Below are positions 12,279 through 24,607 of a stretch of DNA of 64,000 nucleotides, in pieces. Source of the DNA: Octopus sinensis. Lineage: Eukaryota. Position 1 is the stretch's first letter, and each line of letters opens with the position of its first letter. Under the pieces are notes generated by a model. It ran no database searches. It saw nothing but the letters and a program-made list of their open reading frames with translations, and was not told the DNA's origin. The translations under genes were made by a program, and so were the position numbers. The stretch is taken from assembly GCF_006345805.1 (NCBI RefSeq), contig NC_042998.1, forward strand, positions 140,988,001 to 141,052,000, read 5' to 3'.

Positions 12279-12688
12279 GCGTGCGTTTATTATGTATGAA
12301 TGCATTGAAATAGATAAAGTATTCTTGAATGTATGTCTGAATATGAGATAGTCATTGTTCCAATTCAGGGTTTAAAATGTAAGTCTGATATACAGACATA
12401 TGCACACCAACTTCAAATGCGAACGGGGTGCCCTCTCTATGAAAACTTTGAGAGCTTAAAGGAGATTTTACTGTTATTTCTAGCATGTCGAGTGACTACA
12501 TTGAGCTCTTTTAAATATCTTCTGCTCAGTGTTTCTCATAGGAAGGACGCATCCCCACTAGCCTTAAGTGGATCTGTAGGGCTTGAAAAAAAATGGAGGG
12601 ATGATTTTAGAATATTGGAATTTTGGAAAAAAATTATTTCCCAGAGATATGGGTGTTATTTCTAATGTATGACTAACCATATAGTTAC

Positions 12689-13170
12689 CTCCCTCACTTT
12701 ATACGCTGCTTGGAAAAGTATCAACGCTTGCACAAATGATCGGACGAATTTAAAAGCAGCCGGAATTTTGGTGTGGGTGTGCAGCGGAGTGAAGGAAGAA
12801 AAGTAATTTTTAAAAACTTGAACTTTAGAAGTATTTGGTTTTAAGAATCATATAATCTCCGAGATTTTCAGAAAAAAGTGAAAAGAAAAAAAAATGGTTG
12901 GGGTGGATGAAATTATGAAATGCTTTTTTTCCCCCCGAAATTGGAATCTCCGTTGTCAAAAATGTCAGAATCGAAGAAAAAGTAGAAACTGAAAGGGGAT
13001 GGAGGCTGTATTCGGCACCTTCGCCACTATTTTTTTCCTGCAATTCATATACACTTTCAAGCACAGCACCTCGTCTAAACCATCGGACGTCACAGAAGAG
13101 AAGGAGAGAAAAGAAACAAATCTGTGACTTGATTGTCTGGATCCAACAAAAGTTATTGAAAATGGCGGTG
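12689..13170 (-). promoter_or_regulatory. Candidate promoter / non-coding first exon
   Basis: YY1-type motif AAAATGGCGG (13159-13168), GACGTCA (13086-13092), non-repetitive sequence with several CpGs, and a minus-strand donor GAG/GTAACT at 12689. Confidence 0.3.
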
Positions 13171-13669
13171 GTTTAATCCTCGAGTCAAAATTACGCTTAC
13201 TGTTTTATCGCTACATTCATCGCGTCCTTCAAATTTGATACCTTAGCATATAATGTTTCATCGTGGATTATGCATTACACTTTTATGACATTGTATTCAA
13301 TTGCGAGGCTTTCCATGTATCCTTGAAGTAGAACCACAGCGCCTTTATGTTGTTCAAATACTGCTGTGGCGATCCATTCGTTGTTACAGATACTAGCTTT
13401 GATATGACCAGATTCATGTCTTTAGTACACTAGAGTAATGTTTTAAGAATGTCTATGTCTTTGATAGTATCTTTGTTACGTACCAGCTGAATAAACAACT
13501 CAGCAATGTGAAAAGGTTGCCTTTATTGCACGTACAAACACTTCATGCTGAGCTGTATCTGGGCTATCTGTACTTTCATCAAGTGCGACTGAGAAGAAAA
13601 AGAAGTCTTTGAATAGTTTTTTAAACAAATTTTATTCATATCTTCTAACATTTCTTCTATTCGTCGTAT

Positions 13670-14052
13670 AAACTATTCGGTGTTACATTGTCGTGTGATC
13701 TACAACTTCAAGGACGATTACTTTAAGTTAGTTTTTAGTTTCTTTACGTTGCAAAATTCTCGGCGGCAAAACTGTGATCTACGCGCTTATTTTAATTATT
13801 ATATTGTTTATTCTTGGTTTCTTATTATTATTTACTGAGACATAGATGAAATATGGTTTTACTATTATTAAAATAGTAAGAATTTTGAAAAAAATACATT
13901 TACAATGCTAAGTATGTACAAAAGAATTTATTGTAAAAATTCTGTAACAACATGTTAAGGGTTTTTAGAAATTGAAAAGTAAACTAGAAAGTAACCTAAA
14001 GTAATCGCCCTTTAAGTTGTAGATCACACGCCAAAGTAGCACCAACTGTTCT
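13670..14052. repeat. Degenerate fold-back / MITE-like element
   Basis: 13693-13741 is a close reverse complement of 13981-14029, and the similarity extends about 25 bp outward. Confidence 0.7.
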
Positions 14053-14221
14053 TGCTGAGAAGCTAACGTTAAGTTATCTTTTTCTCGAGACACACAATGC
14101 TCACACCGACTATCAAACAGTTCTTTAAGATGTTTGCTTATATCAACTTCGGTACTGCGTAAAGGGAAAGTGTTTGGGATTTTTTTTCTGATTCTGTCTC
14201 GTATTTTAGAATACCGAAATA

Positions 14222-14338
14222 TGTGGAGCTTTAGGTGTTTCCACTCAATGAACACTCACAATGCCCGGTCTGGGAATCGAAACCGCGATCCTACAACCGC
14301 GAGTCCGCCGCCCTAACCACTGGGCCATTCCGCCTCCA
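14222..14338 (-). mobile_element. SINE family A, 3'-truncated
   Basis: Same head as 1-255. Confidence 0.8.
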
Positions 14339-15284
14339 TATATATATATATATGATTTTTATACCGAGCAAATATTTGCGAAGTTATTGACTCTATTATT
14401 ATCTAGTGTAACAATTAAAAATGATAATAACAGAATCAATAATACAGACGATTGCAGGCCCCAAAAAGCATTAAATAGCTGAAGGATTAAAATTAATAAA
14501 AGGACATACTAAGTATGACTACCCGCTGGAAATAACAGTCAAAACTCTTTTACGCAGAAACTCTTTTACTGGAAAATTGCAATAACAAAGCTTCCTTTAT
14601 CGCCAGTTGTGTTCTTTATGATGCATACCGTTTAGATTATTCTAGAATGTTCTTTAAGCCGATAGAATATTGAAAGAAGTTTATTTTATGAGTCAATCAC
14701 GTGCAATATCAAATGCGTTAACGATATATTTCATAGAGTTCATTATATATCCTCGGATCGTCCACGTTAAAAGCAATACATTGTATATTTTCGAAAATAA
14801 TATACAATTGATGAAATGTTAATTGTTGATTGATGATGTAAACATCCATTCTTAATACGTTCCGGTTGACTTCAGCTGAATATTCTAGTCGCTGTTATAT
14901 TTCGCCTTTGGAGAACACCTCTTTTGAGACGATGTGGGGTTGAGAATACTCTCGATTTATTGACGTAAGAGGTGTTTGAGGTAGTGGTGTTTCGACCTGG
15001 TTGTATCTCTTCAGTGATAACTACCCACTGGATCTAAATTAAAAAAAATGAGTGATGGCTTTGTTCAGTACGGACGTTTCACCATTGTGTTGTTCGTACC
15101 AGTTGCAATCATACATTTAACCACACACACAAGAAATCTTATACATAAATACATATATACGCACGCACATGCATACATGCATACATGCATACATATGTAC
15201 GTACATACATACATACATACATACATACATACATACATACATACATACATACATACATACATACATACATACAGGATTGTCGAC

Positions 15285-16845
15285 CAAACAGGGAATATAT
15301 GCATCACTGACTTGTCTGTCTCATATTTTTAATTATGAAAACTCGGATTCGACGATAATGTCGCACACGTTGGGTTTACGACTAAAGCCAGAATAACAAA
15401 AGAGTACTTTTGCAGGCTTCGGAAAACATGGAACTGAGAGCGATTTGCATTTAACAAAACCATATGTGACAATGCTTTTACGGTGCTTGTGCTGGTGCCA
15501 ACATTAGGGATATTGGACTGGACACTCGACAGGATCCGCAGTCTGGACAAAAAAATATGGAAGATACTGACCATCTCTGGCAACTTCCACATCAACAGCA
15601 ACAACGATAGGTTCTATGTGAAACAAGGAGATGGCGGCAGAGGTATAAGGCCAGTACAAACAGTTTTGAATGTTGCATTGTATCACTAAGACAACATCTG
15701 CTGAACAGCAAAGAAAGAAATGAGTACATTCTGTGCATACTCAAAAGTGAGAGCAACATCTTTAGAGTAGCGGAAGAACTAAGCTGGTACTCATAGAATA
15801 CAACTGTCTCACATAACCCCAAGGAGGCTGGACTGGCCTTCCTAAACAAAAGCTTGGAGGAGAAGCACGCATCGCACCAGGAAAAAGCAAGGTATGTCTA
15901 CATATCCCGTAGGTTAGAAGATAACAACAGCGTCGACAGGAAGAGTAGCTTCTCCTGGACTTGTGATAGATGCATTACATCCTATCTCGAAGGATATACC
16001 TTCACTATCCAGGAACAAGACTTAGCTACGAAATACCTGATAAATAAGAGAAACACGATACCACCAAACCACCACTTTGTGATTGCAATTGTCAGTTATG
16101 CTATACCAGTGTGGAATATATCACCCACATCATCATTAGCTGCCTAAATATGTCTACAAAGTGCTATCTGCCTCTGAGCCATGATATAGTTGCATAGACA
16201 ATGCTATCCGCAAGAAGGACTGCCCTGACGTATACATCAAAGGCATGTCAGAAGCAGCAGGTATTCACACCTTTAAAAACAAAGTATACTGATGGAACAC
16301 TCTAATAATAAAAACAGTAATTCTGTACAAACATAACATAACTGATATTGTTTTTTAGGATAGGGAACAAAAGTTATTCGCTGCAGTAGAATTCAGCTGC
16401 CCAGCAGATGTGAATGTACAATCAAGAGTCCAGGAAAAAGAGAACATTTATTGTGAGTCAATGCGTAACCTACAGCTCTTGTACTCTGCCTATCAATTTT
16501 TATTAGGACCTGTCATCATAACCTTAGGTTATGTACCTGCAAATTTACACAAAAACCTTGATATACAAACCTTTTCAAAGAAAGAGCAAAAGAAGCAGAC
16601 GCGCATTCTCCAAATCCAGTCTATTAGTGGCACAGTGAAGATCTGCAAGACATTGCAACGATTCTTCATCTGAGATTCTTTAGATGGATAGATGCACACT
16701 CTTGGATAACTGTATCGGCGGTTCAACCAACACACCAACGCAACCACATATTTACAAACACCGAGAACTCTTTAGCTCAAAAACTCTTGTCGCTTTGTTA
16801 GTGACCAGCTTGAACTTCCTTAAGAACTCAAAGAAAAGTGTGTAT
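15285..16845 (+). mobile_element. 5'-truncated non-LTR retrotransposon with restriction-like endonuclease (R4/Dong-like), degraded
   Basis: Frames read LGILDWT...DKKIWKILT...DRFYVKQGDGGRGI, EGYTFTIQEQDLATKYL, and AVEFSCPADVNVQSRVQEKENIY (PD..D/E..K type nuclease). Confidence 0.8.
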
Positions 16846-16872
16846 GTGCGTGCGCGCACGCGTGTGTGTAAA

Positions 16873-16913
<41 letters not shown>

Positions 16914-18104
16914 TCAGAAGCAGCAGCAACAGCAGCCGTTCAAGAATTTGGACCTGGAGATCTCCATTTCCAGCGACTTCGAGGGCCACCTCCCAGTGGT
17001 GTCGGGCGTCAACGAAGAGCCCTCGACTACAACAAGACGACCAAAGTTTTTTTTTTTGTAAGGTCTGGGGTCTCCCGCCCCTAAGGCCTAGACCATCACC
17101 TAATCACCATTACCCGTCTTGTTGCTTAACAACAACAACAACAACAACAGCAGCAGCAACAGTAGTAGTAGTAGTAGAAGTAGTAGTGTCTCGAAATTTA
17201 TTATCTGATGGATCGCTGTTTTTCTTTTTTTTTTTTAGGAGAGAAAGAGATTTAACTGTTATTTCTAGCAGATCGAACGAATAACCGCAACCATTCAGCT
17301 GCCACAGAATCTCTTAGATCTCCCTTTTATATCTATTATATTTATTTATCTTGCTGTGTTATTGATATTTTCTTCTTCGCCATGTTGTGTTGTGTCTTTC
17401 GTATCACTGTTTTAATATCAGAGCCTCTTTGTGTTAGCTAAGCTACGCCATCTCCGATAACCAATAACAGCTAAGATATATATATATATATATCGAAGGC
17501 CTTTCGATTATCAATCCGTGCAAAGCTTACGTTTCGGTAAAAGGTCGATTAATAAGTTTATTTTACTTTTTTCTTTTCTTTTCTTGAAACCAAAATGTAT
17601 GTTGATTCTTATTCTGTTTCATTGAATACTATTGCTACTGGTTCCTTTGTAACAGTTAGACATTTTAACCAAAAGTTTGTGGTGACTTTATCGATTCGAG
17701 AGTCTTTTTGTGGCTATCAGTCTCGATTGTATTAGTAAACTTTCTACTACTTAAGCTAGGATATTTCTATAGTATGATAGCATTTTTTAAAAACTTCTTT
17801 CTCGTTTTACTGTCTATTGTACATCTTTCTTGTGTTGTATAACATAACTTAGGACCATTTTCTGTTCCAATATCTTTTATCACTTATCTTTATCTTTTAT
17901 CTTTTTACTTGCTTCAGTCAGTGGACTGCGGCCATGCTGGGGCAGTGCTTTGAAGAATTTAGTCGAACAAATCGGCGCCAGTACATATTTTTAAATTCTG
18001 GTACTCATTGTATAGAATGTCCTTTACCGAACTGTTAAGTGGCGGGGATGCACAATCTAACACCAGATTGTCAAGCAGTGACGGGAACAAACAGAAAGGC
18101 ATGC

Positions 18105-18144
<40 letters not shown>

Positions 18145-18154
18145 ACTCACAAAC

Positions 18155-18307
18155 GTGGCCGTATGGTAAGAAGCTTGCTTCCCGACCACATGGTTCCGGG
18201 TTCAGTCCCACTGCGTGGCACCTTCAGCAAATGTCTTCAACTATAATCTCGACCGACCAAAGCCTTGTGAGTGGATCTGGTAGACGGAAACTGAAAGAAG
18301 CCCGTCG

Positions 18308-18382
<75 letters not shown>

Positions 18383-18668
18383 GTATGTGTGTGTGTGTGT
18401 GTGTTTGTGTGCGTGTGTGTGTGTGTGTATGCGTGTATATGTATATAAGTTTATGTGTGTGTGTCTTTGTGTTTGTACCCCCACCGTCGCTTGACAACCG
18501 ATGTTGGTGTGTTTATGTCCCCGTAAATTAGCAGTTCGCAAAAAGACTGATAGAACAAATTCTAGGCTTACAAAGAATAAGTCCTGGGACCGATTTCTTC
18601 GACTAAAACCCTCTAAGGTGGTGCTCCAGCATGGCCGCAGTCAAGTGACTGAAACAAATAAAAGAAAG
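18155..18668 (+). mobile_element. SINE family B with internal (TA)n/(TG)n
   Basis: Complete head-CORE-microsatellite-body-tail architecture. Confidence 0.85.
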
Positions 18669-18861
18669 AATATGTAGACGACGGGCTTCCAGACAGGTTC
18701 CGTTTGCCAAATTCACTTCGAAAGCATTGGTCGACCCCGGGGCTATAGTAAAAACACTTGCGCAAGATAACACACAGTGGGACTGAACCAGGAACAACGT
18801 GGTTACAAGGCGAGCTTCTTAACCATGCAGCCACGGCTTACACTTTCTTATACCACGCATA

Positions 18862-19176
18862 GTGGAGGCGCAATGGCCCAGTGGTTAGGGCAGCGGACTC
18901 GCGGTTTCGATTCCCAGACCGGGAGTTGTGTGTGTTTATTGAGCGAAAACACCTAAAGCTCTACGAGGATCCGGCAGGGGGTGGTGATGACCCCTGTTGA
19001 ACTCTTTCGCCACAACTTTCTCTCACTCTTTCTTCCTGTTTCCTGAGTAACGCTGCGATGGACTAGCATACCGTCCAGCTAGGGGGAACACATACGCCAT
19101 AGAAATCGGGAAACCGGGCCCATGAACCTGGCTAGGCTTGAAAAAGGCCCATAAATAAAAATAAAAATAATAAATA
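18862..19176 (+). mobile_element. SINE family A, full length with A-rich tail
   Basis: Head GGAGGCGCAATGGCCCAGTGGTTAGGG, a short internal deletion between CGCGGT repeats, and an AATAAA-type tail. Confidence 0.85.
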
Positions 19177-19186
19177 CCCAGCATAT

Positions 19187-19349
19187 GCGCAGGAGTGGCT
19201 GTGTGGTAAGTAGCTTGCTAACCAACCACATGGTTCCGGGTTCAGTCCCACTGCGTGGCATCTTGGGCAAGTGTCTTCTATTACTGCTTCGGGCCGACCA
19301 ATGCCTTGTGAGTGAATTTGGTAGACGGAACTGAAAGAAGCCTGTCGTA

Positions 19350-19390
<41 letters not shown>

Positions 19391-19421
19391 ATATATATAT
19401 ATATATATATATCATATATAT

Positions 19422-19464
<43 letters not shown>

Positions 19465-19705
19465 GTTGTGGTGTTTGTGTGTCTGTGTTTGTCCCCCAAG
19501 CATTGCTTGACAACCGATGCGGTGTGTTTACGTCCCCGTCACTTAGCGGTTCGGCAAAGGAGACCGATAGAATAAGTACTGGGCTTACAAAGAATAAGTC
19601 CCGGTGTCGATTTGCGCGACTAAAGGCGGTGCTCCAGCATGGCCGCAGTCAAATGACTGAAACAAGTAAAAGAGTAAAAGAGTAAAGAGTAAAGAGTAAA
19701 AGAGT
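19187..19705 (+). mobile_element. SINE family B with internal (TA)n and (GAGTAAA)n tail
   Basis: Complete architecture; microsatellite at about 19348-19465. Confidence 0.88.
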
Positions 19706-19850
19706 ATAACATAACTTACCACCAATTTCTCCCCCAATATGTATAAATTATGTCTTACTGCTTGTGTGTCTTCCTCCGTTAAACAATTCGTTTTTTTTTT
19801 TTTTGGTTTCTTTTTATAGATTATAGCTGTCTCGGAAGAATTTATTATTA

Positions 19851-19903
<53 letters not shown>

Positions 19904-20096
19904 TTCAAATATTCAGTTTTGTAGGAAGTTACGCTCATGATTTTCGATTTCTCTTATCCAGCATGTCTTTGACCAAAGCAGTTTTGACTCTTTTCTCTCG
20001 ATAATTCATCTTCCTTTCACTTTTTTCGTATTATACTTTTGAAGCGATAATATTATTTACATGCGACGGATATTTGTCCTCATCTTGTTTGTTGTT

Positions 20097-20142
20097 GACA
20101 CAACGTTTCGGTTGATATACCCTCCAGCCTTCATCAGGTGTC
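20097..20142 (-). ncRNA. Minimal type I hammerhead ribozyme in a Penelope-like terminal segment (about 20050-20198)
   Basis: GACAC-CTGATGA-A-GGCTG...CAACC-GAAACGT-T-GTGTC: 5-bp stem I, canonical core, palindromic AACGTT stem III, and one mismatch in stem II. Confidence 0.75.
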
Positions 20143-20195
20143 TTGGAGGAAATTTCAAACCTGGGTTCTCATTCCTAAGGTATTTTTCGATGTTG

Positions 20196-20250
<55 letters not shown>

Positions 20251-21087
20251 GGGTTTTTCTTCTTCTTTCAAATTTGCTTCCATTTCTTGCCGGGTGTCTT
20301 CCCGACTCCTAGGGCAAAGAAACTCATTGGTAGGCCATTTTTTTTTTTGATAGAAATAAAGTTAAATTAAAATACATGGGTAGTAATAGTTCTCACATCG
20401 ACAATGCTCTTCTCAATACGTGTAATGTACCAGTTAAGACAATCTTTTGCACTTCTTGCAGGGATGGTAAGCCATAGATCATTCTCATATAATTTTCGGT
20501 TCCCTTCTTGATCATTCCTAGTGCTCCTACGATCACTGGTATTGTAACCGCCTTGAGATGCCACATTTTCTCAATTTCAATGAGCAAGTCTTTATATTTT
20601 CTGAGCTTGTCAAATTCTTTCGCCGAGATATTATGATTACAGGGGATGCTCATGTCGATCAATAAGCAAACTTTATTGTTTTGGTCTTTCACAACAATAT
20701 CGGGTTTATTGGCTTTGATGGTTCGGTCTGTATGTACTGGAGAATCCCACAGAATCGTTACATTTTCTCCTTCAGTTACAGCTTCAGGGTGGTGATTATA
20801 CTACTTGTCGGCAGTTTTGATATTGTAATACCGACTTATTAGCCAGTGTAGATATTGGCCAACTCTGTCATGTCTTAATTTATACTCCACTGGGGCTAAG
20901 ACTTTACATCCAGAGATTAGGTGGTCCACTGTTTCAATCATGTCGTTGCAGAATCGGCATTTTGGGTCTGCTCCATTTTTCATTACATTGGCCTGGTAGT
21001 TCCGGGTTAATAGGCTTTGATCTTGAGCAGCCAGGATGAAACCTTCGCTCTCTGCTTTTAGCCCTGAGCTCTGTAGCCACTGATGGG
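20251..21087 (-). mobile_element. R4/Dong-like LINE 3' fragment, subfamily B, flanked by (TAA)n
   Basis: QWLQSSGLKAESEGFILAAQDQSL, CRFC...HLISGC zinc knuckle, KPDIVV...LIDMSIP...KYKDL nuclease motifs, with microsatellite on both sides. Confidence 0.9.
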
Positions 21088-21102
21088 TTATTATTATTAT
21101 TA

Positions 21103-21136
<34 letters not shown>

Positions 21137-21139
<3 letters not shown>

Positions 21140-21437
21140 TAGTTTTATTTTTATAGCGTGCTTTCACTTCACTACCGAGCACAGCTCTGTGTGCCTTGGG
21201 TATGTGCTGTGATTTGTTGTGATGCTCTGATGGTTATTGTATGGAAAGTGTTCTGCGTAGGATGTGTGCAGTGCCTAGTAGTGCAATTTTCTGTATGCTA
21301 TATGTGTTTGTAAGTCCTGGTGTTTTTGTTATGTATTTGTCTGAATATTTTTTTATCATGCCTAATGCACCTACTATGATAGGAATTGTTTCTGTTTTCA
21401 GATTCCACATTCTAGTTACCTCTATTTCCAGGTCTTT
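21137..21437 (-). mobile_element. R4/Dong-like LINE 3' end, subfamily A
   Basis: ETIPIIVGALG...IQKIALLGTAHILRRTLSIQ. The 3' UTR is nearly identical to 58230-58331 and 41026-41120. Confidence 0.9.
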
Positions 21438-21599
21438 AATATCATAATCATTATTATTATTATCATCATTATTATTATTATCATTATTATTATCATTATT
21501 ATTATCATTATTATTCAGGTCACTGCCTGGAATCGAACTCGGAATCTTGGGGTTAGTAGTCCGCGCTCTTAACCACTACGCCATATGCCCGTGGGCATA

Positions 21600-23195
21600 T
21601 TATTGATTTCAAATTATTGATTTCAAATTTTGGTACAAGTTCAGCTATTTCAAGGGGAGTGGTGGGGGTACATTTGATGGTATTGATCCTTAATGCTCGA
21701 CTTGTACTTATTTCATTGACCCCGAAAAGGATGAAAGGCAAAGTTGACCTGGCGGAATTTGAACTCAGAACATATAGAGAGATGAAATGCTGCTAAGCAT
21801 TTTGCCCAGCGTGTTAACGGTTCTGCCAGTTCACCGCCTTCAGAATAATCCTCTCTATTATAAGCACAAGGCCTGAAATCTTTTGGAGAAGGAGGCAAGT
21901 CGATTACATCGACCCCAGTGTTTCACTGCTACTTATTTTATCGACCTTCAAAGTACGAAAGGCAAAGTCGACCTCGGCAGAAAAGTAACATTATTATTAT
22001 TATAATTCTCGAGGCGACGAGCTGGCAGAATCGTTAGCACGCTGGACGAAAAGCTTAGCGGCATTTCGTCTGTCTTCAGGTTCTGAGTTCAAATTCCCCT
22101 TTCAGGGTCGGTAAAAAACGTACCAGAGGAGTATTGGCATCCATGTAATAAACTTACCTACTTCCACCCAAATTACTGGACTTCTGCCAAAATGTGAAGC
22201 CAATATTATTATTATTATTATTATTCTCAAGGAGGGGCCTAGCAGAATCCTTAGACCATCGGACAAATTGCTTTGCAGCATTTCTTCCGGCTTTACGTCC
22301 TCAGTTCAAATGCCACTTTGCCTTTCATCCTTTCTTGATCGATAAAATAAGTTGCAGTCGAGCACTGGGGGTCGATGTAATCAAATAGCCGCCCCCACAA
22401 AAATGTGCAGGCATTGTGCCTATTGTAGAAAGGATTATTCTTAAGGCGGTGAACTGGCAGAATCGTTAATGCGTCGAACAAAATGCTAAATGGCATTTGT
22501 TTCCTGCTCTTTAGATTTTGAGTTCAAATTCTGCCAATGACAAATTTTCCTTTCATTCTTTCGGCGATGATAAAATAAGTATTAGTTAAGCACTGAGGAA
22601 CAATATAATCGACTTGTCCCCTCCCCTCAAAAATACCGCCTTGTGCCTGCATTTGAAGCAATTATTATTCTTTTATCTCTCACTTTTTCATTCCCTTATT
22701 AACACCACTACTACCCCCTCCCCTTTGTATTGAGTTGTCAGATAAATCCGTTCGTCCTTCACCGTTATTTTAAACCTTTCCAATGTTAATTGAGTTAACA
22801 CAGATTTTTGTAGCTTTGTTCTTCCTCTACAATTTCTGTTTATTGTTTCTGAAATTTGAATAAATTTCACCTCTTTTTCAGGAGGTGGAGTGCCAACTAG
22901 TAAAGCAAAGGAAAAGAAGAGAAAAAACAAAGAAAGATAGATAGATAGAGTGAGAGAGAGAGAGAGAGAGAGAGAGGGAGAACGAATTTATCTTATTTCT
23001 TTACTGCCTACAAGAGGTCACACAGAATGGACAAACGGATTAAGTTGATTACATCGTCCCCAGTGTGTAACTGGTACTTAATTAATCGACCCCGAAAGGA
23101 TGAAAGGCAAAGTCGACCTCGGCGGAATTTGAACTCAGAAATACTGCTAAGCATTTCGCCCGGCGTGCTAACGATTCTGCTAGCTCGCCGCCTTA
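21600..23195. mobile_element. Cluster of about six SINE family C copies in both orientations
   Basis: Repeated GGCGGTGAACTGGCAGAA-CGTTA heads and GTCGACTTTGCCTTTCATCCTTTC cores. Confidence 0.8.
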
Positions 23196-23233
23196 AAACG
23201 AACGAATTTATCTGATATCCTAATATTTCACCA

Positions 23234-23488
23234 CAGTGCTTCTCAACCGGGGTCTATATGGCCCTTAGGGGACCATGTAAGATGTTATTGTTAAAATTGA
23301 TGTGCAACTAATTGGCTATACTTCTACAATACGCAAAATATTTTCGTCTTTTTATACAATTCCTAATAATATTTAGTTACAAAAATACACTAGGACTTTT
23401 GTTATATACATCGAATGGCTATGGAGACCCAGTAAAGTAAAATCGGAATCAAAGAAGTCCATAGGTAACAAATGGTTGAGAACCATTG
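23234..23488. mobile_element. hAT-like MITE
   Basis: TIRs CAGTGCTTCTCAACC / GGTTGAGAACCATTG and an imperfect 8-bp target duplication TTTCACCA / CTTTACCA. Confidence 0.8.
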
Positions 23489-23711
23489 CTTTACCATATC
23501 TCTGTTCCATATGCTAAGTTTACGCTGTCTAACTTCTGCTTTTCTATTACTTCTTACGTAAGTATTAGATGAAGGATATCCTAACAATATTACAGTTAAG
23601 TTTGGATTCCTTTGATACAAACGTGGTTGCTCTGTAAATTAGATTATTCAAAATACAAATATTCATGGGTGTAGAAATTGTTTCTTTGAATGCTGCTTGT
23701 TTATATTTGAC

Positions 23712-23765
<54 letters not shown>

Positions 23766-23921
23766 TATTATTATTTATTCATGGAAATTTCTTTATTAGC
23801 TTTAGGGGAAACGTCTTCCTTTGTTTCAAGGTGGATATTTTTCCTGGGTGTTGGTCATGTCTATTCCGCTCTGTTTCCGTTAAATTTTACTCCAGGTTGT
23901 TCATCCTATTGCAGCCATGTA

Positions 23922-23967
<46 letters not shown>

Positions 23968-24204
23968 CGTGTGTGTGTGTGTGTGTGTGTGTGTTGTGTG
24001 TGTGTGTGTGTGCGTGTGTGTGTGTGTATGTGTGAGATGTTTTAGCCTCTGTTGTTATGTGTAGGATAGCAAGAAGATTTGTGTGGCACTTGATTGTGTG
24101 TTATCACTGCTGCTACAGCTGTTGTTGCTTTTGTTATTGTTAGGATTATGAATTGATAGAATCTCTAGAGAGTCGGAAAAATACCTTGCTTTATTTTGAA
24201 AATA

Positions 24205-24258
24205 TATATTAGCGACAGAGGCAGTATTAGTATTAATACTACCTCTGTCGCTAATATA
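24205..24258. repeat. 54-bp palindrome
   Basis: TATATTAGCGACAGAGGCAGTATTA-GTAT-TAATACTACCTCTGTCGCTAATATA; one arm difference. Confidence 0.9.
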
Positions 24259-24277
24259 GGTAATATTTATCACCACT

Positions 24278-24568
24278 TAAGACGGCAAGCTGGCAGAAAC
24301 GTTAGCACGCCGGCGAAATGCTTAGCGGTATTTCGTCTGCCGTTACGTTCTGAGTTCAAACTCCTCCGAGGTCGACTTTGCCTTTCATCATTTCGGGGTT
24401 GATAAAATAAAGTATGAGTCAAAATATTGAAGGTGGGCTGGGGTGGGGATGGACGCGATGGTGTCCACTAAATCTATCTCCTTGAAATTGCCCGTCCTGT
24501 GTGCCAACGTTTGAACAATCAACGTTATTATTATTACTACAGCAGCTGTAGTAGTAGTAGTAGTAGTT

Positions 24569-24607
<39 letters not shown>

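Noticed and set aside
14985-15020. CTGAAGA...GAAAC hammerhead-like motif on the minus strand
   Set aside because: Stems I and III cannot be formed, so it is at most a decayed remnant.
18862-18940. tRNA-like sequences at SINE heads
   Set aside because: A and B boxes are present but there is no complete cloverleaf, and each continues into a SINE body.
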